A stretch of DNA of 64,000 nt from the NCBI RefSeq assembly GCF_009914755.1, contig NC_060948.1, one strand, 5' to 3'. Source of the stretch: the human T2T-CHM13v2.0 reference genome, Homo sapiens. The notes under the pieces were generated by a model, which was not told where the DNA came from, ran no database searches, and was given only the letters and a program-made list of their open reading frames with translations. This document shows positions 1 to 19,552 of this stretch, one piece after another. The stretch's first letter is position 1. Every line of letters starts with the position of its first letter. The position numbers were made by a program, and so were the translations under genes.

Positions 1-50
1 CTTCTGCCTCACGGGTCCAAGCGATTGTCCTCCCTCAGCCTCCCAGGTAG

Positions 51-80
51 CTGGGACTACACCTCACTGGGACTACACCA
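51..80 (+). repeat. 16-bp tandem duplication inside the Alu (ctgggactacac[c/t]aca-type unit x ~2); present in every unit
   Basis: ctgggactacacc begins at 51 and again at 67; the Alu consensus has a single CTGGGACTACA. Confidence 0.9.
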
Positions 81-150
81 GCTGCCACCATGCCTAGCTA
101 ATTTTTTGGATTTTTAGTAGTGACAGCGTTTCACTGTATTGGCCAGGATG

Positions 151-159
151 GTCTTGATC
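151..159 (-). promoter_or_regulatory. Alu RNA Pol III B-box motif (GATCAAGAC, matches GWTCRANNC), representative copy; activity unknown
   Basis: + strand gtcttgatc = minus GATCAAGAC at the Alu left-arm B-box position. The A-box region (minus TGGCTCAGGCC) is partly retained but the first ~12 Alu nt are lost. Confidence 0.45.
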
Positions 160-221
160 TCTTCACCTTGTGATCCCCTTGCCTTGGCCTCCAAATTTGC
201 TGGGATTACAGGCCTGAGCCA

Positions 222-790
222 AGATCCATATTTTTTAAATGAAAAAAAATTTCAAAGGTACTCTGCTTGGTACAATAATCAAATGTATAAACTGAGGAAT
301 AAAACATAACCATGAAACCTACTTATAACTGCATATGGAAAATACAGAGGATAATTTTTTAAATAACATATTTTGAAAGCCTTAACTAGTAATTTGAAGA
401 GTTGGCATTTGAAAGGCCAGTATGAATATACCTTCAAAGCAGCAACACAGGTTCCCCATGAGAAAAAGCAAACACAGGGAAAATAAAAACACAAAGGTTC
501 AATCTCTTCTGACCTTTGAAAGACACAGCACAGACAGTGGTCCTTAGGACGAAGAGCAGGAGACCCCTAATTCCGTCACCATGGCGATAGGGCATAAACA
601 TTGCTGGGTGAGGGCACAATCCACATTGTGAGGTCCAACTGCTGCCAGGAAGACAGGAGTGCTTTTACATAGACCGAAAGGTCATTGAAGGCTCAGAGTT
701 TTGTTTCAAGAACTGAATCCCAAGCCCACACGTTATTAGGCTGCGCTTCTTAAAACAAGTTATGAGATGGGAAAAAGGGCACCCACAAAC
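222..790. repeat. Mixed-composition (HSATI-like) subunit of DYZ2, representative copy in U1; recurs in every unit
   Basis: ~570 bp of non-Alu, non-low-complexity sequence between the Alu 5' end and the AT-rich block (agatccatat...gggcacccacaaac). Position and size fit the subunit usually annotated HSATI; the name is from recall, not an alignment. Confidence 0.7.
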
Positions 791-2641
<1,851 letters not shown>

Positions 2642-4748
2642 AGATCCATATTTTTTAAATGAAAAAAAATTTCAAAGGTACTCTGCTTGGTACAATAATC
2701 AAATGTATAAACTGAGGAATAAAACATAACCATGAAACCTACTTATAACTGCATATGGAAAATACAGAGGATAATTTTTTAAATAACATATTTTGAAAGC
2801 CTTAACTAGTAATTTGAAGAGTTGGCATTTGAAAGGCCAGTATGAATATACCTTCAAAGCAGCAACACAGGTTCCCCATGAGAAAAAGCAAACACAGGGA
2901 AAATAAAAACACAAAGGTTCAATCTCTTCTGACCTTTGAAAGACACAGCACAGACAGTGGTCCTTAGGACGAAGAGCAGGAGACCCCTAATTCCGTCACC
3001 ATGGCGATAGGGCATAAACATTGCTGGGTGAGGGCACAATCCACATTGTGAGGTCCAACTGCTGCCAGGAAGACAGGAGTGCTTTTACATAGACCGAAAG
3101 GTCATTGAAGGCTCAGAGTTTTGTTTCAAGAACTGAATCCCAAGCCCACACGTTATTAGGCTGCGCTTCTTAAAACAAGTTATGAGATGGGAAAAAGGGC
3201 ACCCACAAACATACGTATACATTATGTATATAATAATATACAGTGTCATATATATAATATATATAACCTATGTATAATATTGTTTTACATCCTGCATCTT
3301 ATGTTATTTATATTGTATAAAATATAATAATTGATAATATATAAGTTTTATAATTATACAATATGACATATAGTATATATTATAATTTATGACATATATA
3401 ATATATGTTATATATCATATATCGAATATATTATACGGTTAATATACGTATTAAATATAAATTATACATTATATATATTATATATAATATATCTGTTATA
3501 TATAATACCCATTATGCATAATATATATATTATGTCTATGTTATATATAGTATAAAACAACATATAATAATATATAATTGTATATATAAAATGCGACATA
3601 TAATATATATTATATTTTATAATATATGTAATATATATTATATATTATATATAATACGTTGTATGTATAATACCTATATTAAATATATATTATATGACTA
3701 TGTTATTAATTACATGTCACATGTGATATATATTATATATTTTACATAGAATATACCGGTTACATACAATATATACTATGTTACCTATAATGTATAATTT
3801 ATTACATGTAAAATAAAGAATGCAATATATTATGTAAAATTTATAACATACAATATGTGGAATGTGATATATATAACATATAATATATGATATATGATAT
3901 ACAGTATATGATATATAACATACAATATATGATTCCTATTATATATGGTATACAATATATATTTTATGATATGTATTCTATATGTTTTATATTCTGTTAT
4001 ATATAACTATTTGAAATTATATATAACTGTATAATATTTTATGTAAATATGTAATATAATATATATAACTATATAATATATTATATATAACTATATATTA
4101 TGTTATATATACTTTTATAACATAATTTACATAAAATATCATAATATAATATATATTATATTATTTCATATTACATAATATATATTACATATCACCCAAT
4201 ATATCTAACATACATAATATTATAATATAGATTATATTATGTTATATTAAATATCATATATATCATGTATCATATATTCTATAATATATATTACACATTA
4301 TATAATATGTATGTTGTCTATTATGTGATATATATAACTATATATATAATTATATTTTTATACATATAACTAGATAAACATGTAATCCTACATATTTTCA
4401 TTTATAATATGTAGAATTATATAATCATATGTAATTATTTATATTCTATAAAAAATTTTATCATTATATAAATTATAATATATAAAAATTATAATATGTA
4501 CTACAAATATATATATATTATATATCATATATGATATAGTACCTTTGTTATATATCATAATACATATAAATGTGTATTATGTTATCTATAATTATATAAT
4601 TTCATATATAAGATGTATAATATGTATCATATATTATATATGTTATGTAATATATATAGTATATATAAGATGACACAGGATAAATATTATATACTATGAC
4701 ATATAAAATATATGAGGTTATATGTTACATATAAGGCATAGCACATAA

Positions 4749-5063
<315 letters not shown>

Positions 5064-7170
5064 AGATCCATACTTTTTAAATGAAAAAAAATTTCAAAGG
5101 TACTCTGCTTGGTACAATAATCAAATGTATAAACTGAGGAATAAAACATAACCATGAAACCTACTTATAACTGCATATGGAAAATACAGAGGATAATTTT
5201 TTAAATAACATATTTTGAAAGCCTTAACTAGTAATTTGAAGAGTTGGCAGTTGAAAGGCCAGTATGAATATACCTTCAAAGCAGCAACACAGGTTCCCCA
5301 TGAGAAAAAGCAAACTCAGGGAAAATAAAAACACAAAGGTTCAATCTCTTCTGACCTTTGAAAGACACAGCACAGACAGTGGTCCTTAGGACGAAGAGCA
5401 GGAGACCCCTAATTCCGTCACCATGGCGATAGGGCATAAACATTGCTGGGTGAGGGCACAATCCACATTGTGAGGTCCAACTGCTGCCAGGAAGACAGGA
5501 GTGCTTTTACATAGACCGAAAGGTCATTGAAGGCTCAGAGTTTTGTTTCAAGAACTGAATCCCAAGCCCACACGTTATTAGGCTGCGCTTCTTAAAACAA
5601 GTTATGAGATGGGAAAAAGGGCACCCACAAACATACGTATACATTATGTATATAATAATATACAGTGTCATATATATAATATATATAACCTATGTATAAT
5701 ATTGTTTTACATCCTGCATCTTATGTTATATATATTGTATAAAATATAATTATTGATAATATATAAGTTTTATAATTATGCTATATGACATATAGTATAT
5801 ATTATAATTTATGACATATATAATATATGTTATATATCATATATAGAATATATTATACGGTTAATATACGTATTAAATATAAATTATACATTATATATAT
5901 TATATATAATATATCTGTTATATATAATACCCATTATGCATAATATATATATTATGTCTATGTTATATATAGTATAAAACAACATATAATAATATATAAT
6001 TGTATATATAAAATGCGACATATAATATATATTATATTTTATAACATATGTAATATATATTATATATTATATATAATACGTTGTATGTATAATACCTATA
6101 TTAAATATATATTATATGACTATGTTATTAATTACATGTCACATGTGTTATATATTATATATTTTACATAGAATATACCGGTTACATACAATATATACTA
6201 TGTTACCTATAATGTATAATTTATTACATGTAAAATAAAGAATGCAATATATTATGTATAATTTATAATACACAATATGTGGAATGTGATATATATAACA
6301 TATAATATATGATATATGATATACAGTATATGATATATAACATACAATATAAGATTCCTAATATATATGGTATACAATATATATTTTATGATATGTATTC
6401 TATATGTTTTATATTCTGTTATATATAACTATTTGAAATTATATATAACTGTATAATATTTTATGTAAATATGTAATATAATATATATAACTATATAATA
6501 TATTATATATAACTATATATTATGTTATATATACTTTTATAACATAATTTACATAAAATATCATAATATAATATATATTATATTATTTCATATTACATAA
6601 TATATATTACATATCACCCAATATAACTAACATACATAATATAATAATATAGATTATATTATGTTATATTAAATATCATATATATCATGTATCATATATT
6701 CTATAATATATATTACACATTATATAATATGTATGTTGTCTATTATGTGATATATATAACTATATATATAATTATATTTTTATACATATAACTAGATAAA
6801 CATGTAATTCTACATATTTTCATTTATAATATGTAGAATTATATAATCATATATAATTATTTATATTCTATAAAAAATTTTATCATTATATAAATTATAA
6901 TATATAACAATTATAATATGTACTACAAATATATATATATTATATATCATATATGATATAGTACCTTTGTTATATATCATAATACATATAAATATGTATT
7001 ATGTTATCTATAATTATATAATTTCATATATAAGATGTATAATATGTATCATATATTATATATGTTATGTAATATATATAGTATATATAAGATGACACAG
7101 GATAAATATTATATACTATGACATATAAAATATATGAGGTTATATGTTACATATAAGGCATAGCACATAA

Positions 7171-7485
<315 letters not shown>

Positions 7486-9613
7486 AGATCCATACTTTTT
7501 AAATGAAAAAAAATTTCAAAGGTACTCTGCTTGGTACAATAATCAAATGTATAAACTGAGGAATAAAACATAACCATGAAACCTACTTATAACTGCATAT
7601 GGAAAATACAGAGGATAATTTTTTAAATAACATATTTTGAAAGCCTTAACTAGTAATTTGAAGAGTTGGCATTTGAAAGGCCAGTATGAATATACCTTCA
7701 AAGCAGCAACACAGGTTCCCCATGAGAAAAAGCAAACTCAGGGAAAATAAAAACACAAAGGTTCAATCTCTTCTGACCTTTGAAAGACACAGCACAGACA
7801 GTGGTCCTTAGGACGAAGAGCAGGAGACCCCTAATTCCGTCACCATGGCGATAGGGCATAAACATTGCTGGGTGAGGGCACAATCCACATTGTGAGGTCC
7901 AACTGCTGCCAGGAAGACAGGAGTGCTTTTACATAGACCGAAACGTCATTGAAGGCTCAGAGTTTTGTTTCAAGAACTGAATCCCAAGCCCACACGTTAT
8001 TAGGCTGCGCTTCTTAAAACAAGTTATGAGATGGGAAAAAGGGCACCCACAAACATACGTATACATTATGTATATAATAATATACAGTGTCATATATATA
8101 ATATATATAACCTATGTATAATATAGTTTTACATCCTGCATCTTATGTTATATATATTGTATAAAATATAATTATTGATAATATATAAGTTTTATAATTA
8201 TACTATATGACATATAGTATATATTATAATTTATGACATATAGAATATATGTTATATATCATATATAGAATATATTATACGGTTAATATACGTATTAAAT
8301 ATAAATTATACATTATATATATTATATATAATATATCTGTTATATATAATACCCATTATGCATAATATATATATTATGTCTATGTTATATATAGTATAAA
8401 ACAACATATAATAATATATAATTGTATATATAAAATGCGACATATAATATATATTATATTTTATAACATATGTAATATATATTATATATTATATATAATA
8501 CGTTGTATGTATAATACCTATATTAAATATATATTATATGACTATGTTATTAATTACATGTCACATGTGTTATATATTATATATTTTACATAGAATATAC
8601 CGGTTACATACAATATATACTATGTTACCTATAATGTATAATTTATTACATGTAAAATAAAGAATGCAATATATTATGTATAATTTATAATACACAATAT
8701 GTGGAATGTGATATATATAACATATAATATATGATATATGATATACAGTATATGATATATAACATACAATATAAGATTCCTAATATATATGGTATACAAT
8801 ATATATTTTATGATATGTATTCTATATGTTTTATATTCTGTTATATATAACTATTTGAAATTATATATAACTGTATAATATTTTATGTAAATATGTAATA
8901 TAATATATATAACTATATAATATATTATATATAACTATATATTATGTTATATATACTTTTATAACATAATTTACATAAAATATCATAATATAATATATAT
9001 TATATTATTTCATATTACATAATATATATTACATATCACCCAATATAACTAACATACATAATATAATAATATAGATTATATTATGTTATATTAAATATCA
9101 TATATATCATGTATCATATATTCTATAATATATATTACACATTATATAATATGTATGTTGTCTATTATGTGATATATATAACTATATATATAATTATATT
9201 TTTATACATATAACTAGATAAACATGTAATTCTACATATTTTCATTTATAATATGTAGAATTATATAATCATATATAATTATTTATATTGTATAAAAAAT
9301 TTTATTATTATATAAATTATAATATATGAAAATTATAATATGTACTACAAATATATATATTATATATCATATATGATATAGTACCTTTGTTATATATCAT
9401 AATACATATAAATGTGTATTATGTTATCTATAATTATATAATTTCATATATAAGATGTATAATATGTATCATATATTATATATGTTATGTAATATATATA
9501 GTATATATAAGATGACACAGGATAAATATTATATACTATGACATATAAAATATATGAGGTTATATGTTACATATAAGGCATAGCACATAACATGTAATAT
9601 ATATCATATATAA

Positions 9614-9905
9614 TTTTTTTTTAGACAGAATCTTGTCCTGTTGCACAGGGTGGGGTACAATGGCGCCATCTTTGCTCACTGCAGCTTCTGCCTCACGGGT
9701 CCAAGCGATTGTCCTCCCTCAGCCTCCCAGGTAGCTGGGACTACACCACACTGGGACTACACCAGCTGCCACCATGCCTAGCTAATTTTTTGGATTTTTA
9801 GTAGTGACAGCGTTTCACTGTATTGGCCAGGATGGTCTTGATCTCTTCACCTTGTGATCCCCTTGCCTTGGCCTCCAAATTTGCTGGGATTACAGGCCTG
9901 AGCCA
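9614..9905 (-). mobile_element. Alu, DYZ2 unit U5
   Basis: Near-identical copy of the Alu at 2350-2641. Confidence 0.93.
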
Positions 9906-12002
9906 AGATCCATATTTTTTAAATGAAAAAAAATTTCAAAGGTACTCTGCTTGGTACAATAATCAAATGTATAAACTGAGGAATAAAACATACCATGAAA
10001 CCTACTTATAACTGCATATGGAAAATACAGAGGATAATTTTTTAAATAACATATTTTGAAAGCCTTAACTAGTAATTTGAAGAGTTGGCATTTGAAAGGC
10101 CAGTATGAATATACCTTCAAAGCAGCAACACAGGTTCCCCATGAGAAAAAGCAAACACAGGGAAAATAAAAACACAAAGGTTCAATCTCTTCTGACCTTT
10201 GAAAGACACAGCACAGACAGTGGTCCTTAGGACGAAGAGCAGGAGACCCCTAATTCCGTCACCATGGCGATAGGGCATAAACATTGCTGGGTGAGGGCAC
10301 AATCCACATTGTGAGGTCCAACTGCTGCCAGGAAGACAGGAGTGCTTTTACATAGACCGAAAGGTCATTGAAGGCTCAGAGTTTTGTTTCAAGAACTGAA
10401 TCCCAAGCCCACACGTTATTAGGCTGCGCTTCTTAAAACAAGTTATGAGATGGGAAAAAGGGCACCCACAAACATACGTATACATTATGTATATAATAAT
10501 ATACAGTATCATATATATAATATATATAACCTATGTATAATATTGTTTTACATCCTGCATCTTATGTTATATATATTGTATAAAATATAATAATTGATAA
10601 TATATAAGTTTTATAATTATACAATATGACATATAGTATATATTATAATTTATGACATATATAATATATGTTATATATCATATATAGAATATATTATACG
10701 GTTAATATACGTATTAAATATAAATTATACATTATATATATTATATATAATATATCTGTTATATATAATACACATTATGTATAATATATATATTATGTCT
10801 ATGTTATATATAGTATAAAACAACATATAATAATATATAATTGTATATATAAAATGCGACATATAATATATATTATATTTTATAACATATGTAATATATA
10901 TTATATATAATACGTTGTATGTATAATACCTATATTAAATATATATTATATGACTATGTTATTAATTATATGTCACATGTGTTATATATAATATATTTTA
11001 CATAGAATATACCGGTTACATACAATATATACTATGTTACCTATAATGTATAATTTATTACATGTAAAATAAAGAATGCAATATATTATGTAAAATTTAT
11101 AACATACAATATGTGGAATGTGATATATATAACATATAATATATGATATATGATATACAATATATGATATATAACATACAATATATGATTCCTAATATAT
11201 ATGGTATACAATATATATTTTATGATATGTATTCTCTATGTTTTATATTCTGTTATATATAACTATTTGAAATTATATATAACTGTATAATATTTTATGT
11301 AAATATGTAATATAATATATATAACTATATAATATATTATATATAACTATATATTATGTTATATATACTTTTATAACATAATTTACATAAAATATCATAA
11401 TATAATATATATTATATTATTTCATATTACATAATATATATTACATATCACCCAATATAACTAACATACATAATATTATAATATAGATTATATTGTGTTA
11501 TATTAAATATCATATATATCATGTATCATATATTCTATAATATATATTACACATTATATAATATGTATGTTGTCTATTATGTGATATATATAACTATATA
11601 TATAATTATATTTTTATACATATAACTAGATAAACATGTAATTCTACATATTTTCATTTATAATATGTAGAATTATATAATCATATATAATTATTTATAT
11701 TCTATAAAAAATTTTATCATTATATAAATTATAATGTATAAAAATTATCATATGTACTACAAATATATATATTGTATATCATATATGATATAGTATCTTT
11801 GTTATATATCATAATACATATAAATGTGTATTATGTTATCTATAATTATATAATTTCATATATAAGATGTATAATATGTATCATATATTATATATGTTAT
11901 GTAATATATATAGTATATATAAGATGACACAGGATAAATATTATATACTATGACATATAAAATATATGAGGTTATATGTTACATATAAGGCATAGCACAT
12001 AA

Positions 12003-12317
<315 letters not shown>

Positions 12318-14413
12318 AGATCCATATTTTTTAAATGAAAAAAAATTTCAAAGGTACTCTGCTTGGTACAATAATCAAATGTATAAACTGAGGAATAAAA
12401 CATAACCATGAAACCTACTTATAACTGCATATGGAAAATACAGAGGATAATTTTTTAAATAACATATTTTGAAAGACTTAACTAGTAATTTGAAGAGTTG
12501 GCATTTGAAAGGCCAGTATGAATATACCTTCAAAGCAGCAACACAGGTTCCCCATGAGAAAAAGCAAACACAGGGAAAATAAAAACACAAAGGTTCAATC
12601 TCTTCTGACCTTTGAAAGACACAGCACAGACAGTGGTCCTTAGGACGAAGAGCAGGAGACCCCTAATTCCGTCACCATGGCGATAGGGCATAAACATTGC
12701 TGGGTGAGGGCACAATCCACATTGTGAGGTCCAACTGCTGCCAGGAAGACAGGAGTGCTTTTACATAGACCGAAAGGTCATTGAAGGCTCAGAGTTTTGT
12801 TTCAAGAACTGAATCCCAAGCCCACACGTTATTAGGCTGCGCTTCTTAAAACAAGTTATGAGATGGGAAAAAGGGCACCCACAAATATAAGTATACATTA
12901 TGTATATAATAATATACAGTATCATATATATAATATATATAACCTATGTATAATATTGTTTTACATCCTGCATCTTATGTTATATATATTGTATAAAATA
13001 TAATAATTGATAATATATAAGTTTCATAATTATACAATATGACATATAGTATATATTATAATTTATGACATATATAATATATGTTATATATCATATATAG
13101 AATATATTATACGGTTAATATACGTATTAAATATAAATTATACATTATATATATTATATATAATATATCTGTTATATATAATACCCATTATGTATAATAT
13201 ATATATTATGTCTATGTTATATATAGTATAAAACAACATATAATAATATATAATTGTATATATAAAATGCGACATATAATATATATTATATTTTATAACA
13301 TATGTAATATATATTATATATAATACGTTGTATGTATAATACCTATATTAAATATATATTATATGACTATGTTATTAATTACATTTCACATGTGTTATAT
13401 ATTATATATTTTACATAGAATATACCGGTTACATACAATATATACTATGTTACCTATAATGTATAATTTATTACATGTAAAATAAAGAATGCAATATATT
13501 ATGTATAATTTATAATATACAATATGTGGAATGTGATATATATAACATATAATATATGATATATGATATACAGTATATGATATATAACATACAATATATG
13601 ATTCCTAATATACATGGTATACAATATATATTTTATGATATGTATTCTATATGTTTTATATTCTGTTATATATAACTATTTGAAATTATATATAACTGTA
13701 TAATATTTTATGTAAATATGTAATATAATATATATAACTATATAATATATTATATATAACTATATATTATGTTATATATACTTTTATAACATAATTTACA
13801 TAAAATATCATAATATAATATATATTATATTATTTCATATTACATAATATATATTACATATCACCCAATATAACTAACATACATAATATTATAATATAGA
13901 TTACATTATGTTATATTAAATATCATATATATCATGTATCATATATTCTATAATATATATTACACATTATATAATATGTATGTTGTCTATTATGTGATAT
14001 ATATAACTATATATAATTATATTTTTATACATATAACTAAATAAACATGTAATTCTACATATTTTCATTTATAATATGTAGAATTATATAATCATATATA
14101 ATTATTTATATTCTATAAAAAATTTTATCATTATATAAATTATAATATATAAAAATTATAATATGTACTACAAATATATATATTATATATCATATATGAT
14201 ATAGTACCTTTGTTATATATCATAATACATATAAATGTGTATTATGTTTTCTATAATTATATAATTTCATATATAAGATGTATAATATGTATCATATATT
14301 ATATATGTTATGTAATATATATAGTATATATAAGATGACACAGGATAAATATTATATACTATGACATATAAAATATATGAGGTTATATGTTACATATAAG
14401 GCATAGCACATAA

Positions 14414-14728
<315 letters not shown>

Positions 14729-16826
14729 AGATCCATATTTTTTAAATGAAAAAAAATTTCAAAGGTACTCTGCTTGGTACAATAATAAAATGTATAAACT
14801 GAGGAATAAAACATAACCATGAAACCTACTTATAACTGCATATGGAAAATACAGAGGATAGTTTTTTAAATAACATATTTTGAAAGCCTTAACTAGTAAT
14901 TTGAAGAGTTGGCATTTGAAAGGCCAGTATGAATATACCTTCAAAGCAGCAACACAGGTTCCCCATGAGAAAAAGCAAACACAGGGAAAATAAAAACACA
15001 AAGGTTCAATCTCTTCTGACCTTTGAAAGACACAGCACAGACAGTGGTCCTTAGGACGAAGAGCAGGAGACCCCTAATTCCGTCACCATGGCGATAGGGC
15101 ATAAACATTGCTGGGTGAGGGCACAATCCACATTGTGAGGTCCAACTGCTGCCAGGAAGACAGGAGTGCTTTTACATAGACCGAAAGGTCATTGAAGGCT
15201 CAGAGTTTTGTTTCAAGAACTGAATCCCAAGCCCACACGTTATTAGGCTGCGCTTCTTAAAACAAGTTATGAGATGGGAAAAAGGGCACCCACAAACATA
15301 CGTATACATTATGTATATAATAATATACAGTATCATATATATAATATATATAACCTATGTATAATATTGTTTTACATCCTGCATCTTATGTTATATATAT
15401 TGTATAAAATATAATAATTGATAATATATAAGTTTTATAATTATACAATATGACATATAGTATATATTATAATTTATGACATATATAATATATGTTATAT
15501 ATCATATATAGAATATATTATACGGTTAATATACGTATTAAATATAAATTATACATTATATATATTATATATAATATATCTGTTATATATAATACCCATT
15601 ATGCATAATATATATATTATGTCTATGTTATATATAGTATAAAACAACATATAATAATATATAATTGTATATATAAAATGTGACATATAATATATATTAT
15701 ATTTTATAACATATGTAATATATATTATATATAATACGTTGTATGTATAATACCTATATTAAATATATATTATATGAGTATGTTATTAATTACATGTCAC
15801 ATGTGTTATATATTATATATTTTACATAGAATATACCGGTTACATACAATATATACTATGTTACCTATAATGTATAATTTATTACATGTAAAATAAAGAA
15901 TGCAATATATTATGTAAAATTTATAACATACAATATGTGGAATGTGATGTATATAACATATAATATATGATATATGATATACAGTATATGATATATAACA
16001 TACAATATATGATTCCTAATATATATGGTATACAATATATATTTTATGATATGTATTCTATATGTTTTATATTCTGTTATATATAACTATTTGAAATTAT
16101 ATATAACTGTATAATATTTTATGTAAATATGTAATATAATATATATAACTATATAATATATTATATATAACTATATATTATGTTATATATACTTTTATAA
16201 CATAATTTACATAAAATATCATAATATAATATATATTATATTATTTCATATTACATAATATATATTACATATCACCCAATATAACTAACATACATAATAT
16301 TATAATATAGATTATATTGTGTAATATTAAATATCATATATATCATGTATCATATATTCTATAATATATATTACACATTATATAACATGTATGTTGTCTA
16401 TTATGTGATATATATAACTATATATATAATTATATTTTTATACATATAACTAGATAAACATGTAATTCTACATATTTTCATTTATAATATGTAGAATTAT
16501 ATAATCATATATAATTATTTATATTGTATAAAAAATTTTATCATTATATAAATTATAATATATAAAAATTATAATAGGTACTACAAATATATATATTATA
16601 TATCATATATGATATAGTACCTTTGTTATATATCATAATACATATAAATGTGTATTATGTTATCTATAATTATATAATTTCATATATAAGATGTATAATA
16701 TGTATCATATATTATATATGTTATGTAATATATATAGTATATATAAGATGACACAGGATAAATATTATATACTATGACATATAAAATATATGAGGTTATA
16801 TGTTACATATAAGGCATAGCACATAA

Positions 16827-17141
<315 letters not shown>

Positions 17142-19237
17142 AGATCCATATTTTTTAAATGAAAAAAAATTTCAAAGGTACTCTGCTTGGTACAATAATC
17201 AAATGTATAAACTGAGGAATAAAACATAACCATGAAACCTACTTATAACTGCATATGGAAAATACAGAGGATAATTTTTTAAATAACATATTTTGAAAGA
17301 CTTAACTAGTAATTTGAAGAGTTGGCATTTGAAAGGCCAGTATGAATATACCTTCAAAGCAGCAACACAGGTTCCCCATGAGAAAAAGCAAACACAGGGA
17401 AAATAAAAACACAAAGGTTCAATCTCTTCTGACCTTTGAAAGACACAGCACAGACAGTGGTCCTTAGGACGAAGAGCAGGAGACCCCTAATTCCGTCACC
17501 ATGGCGATAGGGCATAAACATTGCTGGGTGAGGGCACAATCCACATTGTGAGGTCCAACTGCTGCCAGGAAGACAGGAGTGCTTTTACATAGACCGAAAG
17601 GTCATTGAAGGCTCAGAGTTTTGTTTCAAGAACTGAATCCCAAGCCCACACGTTATTAGGCTGCGCTTCTTAAAACAAGTTATGAGATGGGAAAAAGGGC
17701 ACCCACAAATATAAGTATACATTATGTATATAATAATATACAGTATCATATATATAATATATATAACCTATGTATAATATTGTTTTACATCCTGCATCTT
17801 ATGTTATATATATTGTATAAAATATAATAATTGATAATATATAAGTTTCATAATTATACAATATGACATATAGTATATATTATAATTTATGACATATATA
17901 ATATATGTTATATATCATATATAGAATATATTATACGGTTAATATACGTATTAAATATAAATTATACATTATATATATTATATATAATATATCTGTTATA
18001 TATAATACCCATTATGTATAATATATATATTATGTCTATGTTATATATAGTATAAAACAACATATAATAATATATAATTGTATATATAAAATGCGACATA
18101 TAATATATATTATATTTTATAACATATGTAATATATATTATATATAATACGTTGTATGTATAATACCTATATTAAATATATATTATATGACTATGTTATT
18201 AATTACATGTCACATGTGTTATATATTATATATTTTACATAGAATATACCGGTTACATACAATATATACTATGTTACCTATAATGTATAATTTATTACAT
18301 GTAAAATAAAGAATGCAATATATTATGTATAATTTATAATATACAATATGTGGAATGTGATATATATAACATATAATATATGATATATGATATACAGTAT
18401 ATGATATATAACATACAATATATGATTCCTAATATACATGGTATACAATATATATTTTATGATATGTATTCTATATGTTTTATATTCTGTTATATATAAC
18501 TATTTGAAATTATATATAACTGTATAATATTTTATGTAAATATGTAATATAATATATATAACTATATAATATATTATATATAACTATATATTATGTTATA
18601 TATACTTTTATAACATAATTTACATAAAATATCATAATATAATATATATTATATTATTTCATATTACATAATATATATTACATATCACCCAATATAACTA
18701 ACATACATAATATTATAATATAGATTACATTATGTTATATTAAATATCATATATATCATGTATCATATATTCTATAATATATATTACACATTATATAATA
18801 TGTATGTTGTCTATTATGTGATATATATAACTATATATAATTATATTTTTATACATATAACTAAATAAACATGTAATTCTACATATTTTCATTTATAATA
18901 TGTAGAATTATATAATCATATATAATTATTTATATTCTATAAAAAATTTTATCATTATATAAATTATAATATATAAAAATTATAATATGTACTACAAATA
19001 TATATATTATATATCATATATGATATAGTACCTTTGTTATATATCATAATACATATAAATGTGTATTATGTTTTCTATAATTATATAATTTCATATATAA
19101 GATGTATAATATGTATCATATATTATATATGTTATGTAATATATATAGTATATATAAGATGACACAGGATAAATATTATATACTATGACATATAAAATAT
19201 ATGAGGTTATATGTTACATATAAGGCATAGCACATAA

Positions 19238-19552
<315 letters not shown>

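Larger units (their letters stand above)
1..221 (-). mobile_element. Alu (AluSc/AluY-like, diverged), partial at window edge, U1
   Basis: Matches reverse-complement Alu: cctcagcctccc..gtagctgggactaca..gctaatttttt..tttttagtag..ggccaggatggtcttgatctc..gctgggattacagg..tgagcca. Confidence 0.93.

Noticed and set aside
279-619. Recurrent 71-aa (MCFYFPC...) and 61-aa (MCPHPAM...) minus-strand ORFs, repeated in most units
   Set aside because: Short, overlapping, with no recognisable domain. The recurrence simply reflects the tandem repeat, and they are freely broken by start-loss, stop or frameshift variants in many units (U3, U4, U12, U17-U20, U22, U25, U26), so there is no sign of coding constraint.
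9823-10177. 62-aa plus and 95-aa minus ORFs unique to U5
   Set aside because: Created by a 1-bp deletion (aaaacataccatg ~9991) joining Alu-derived and HSATI frames; the plus ORF reads as typical antisense-Alu translation.
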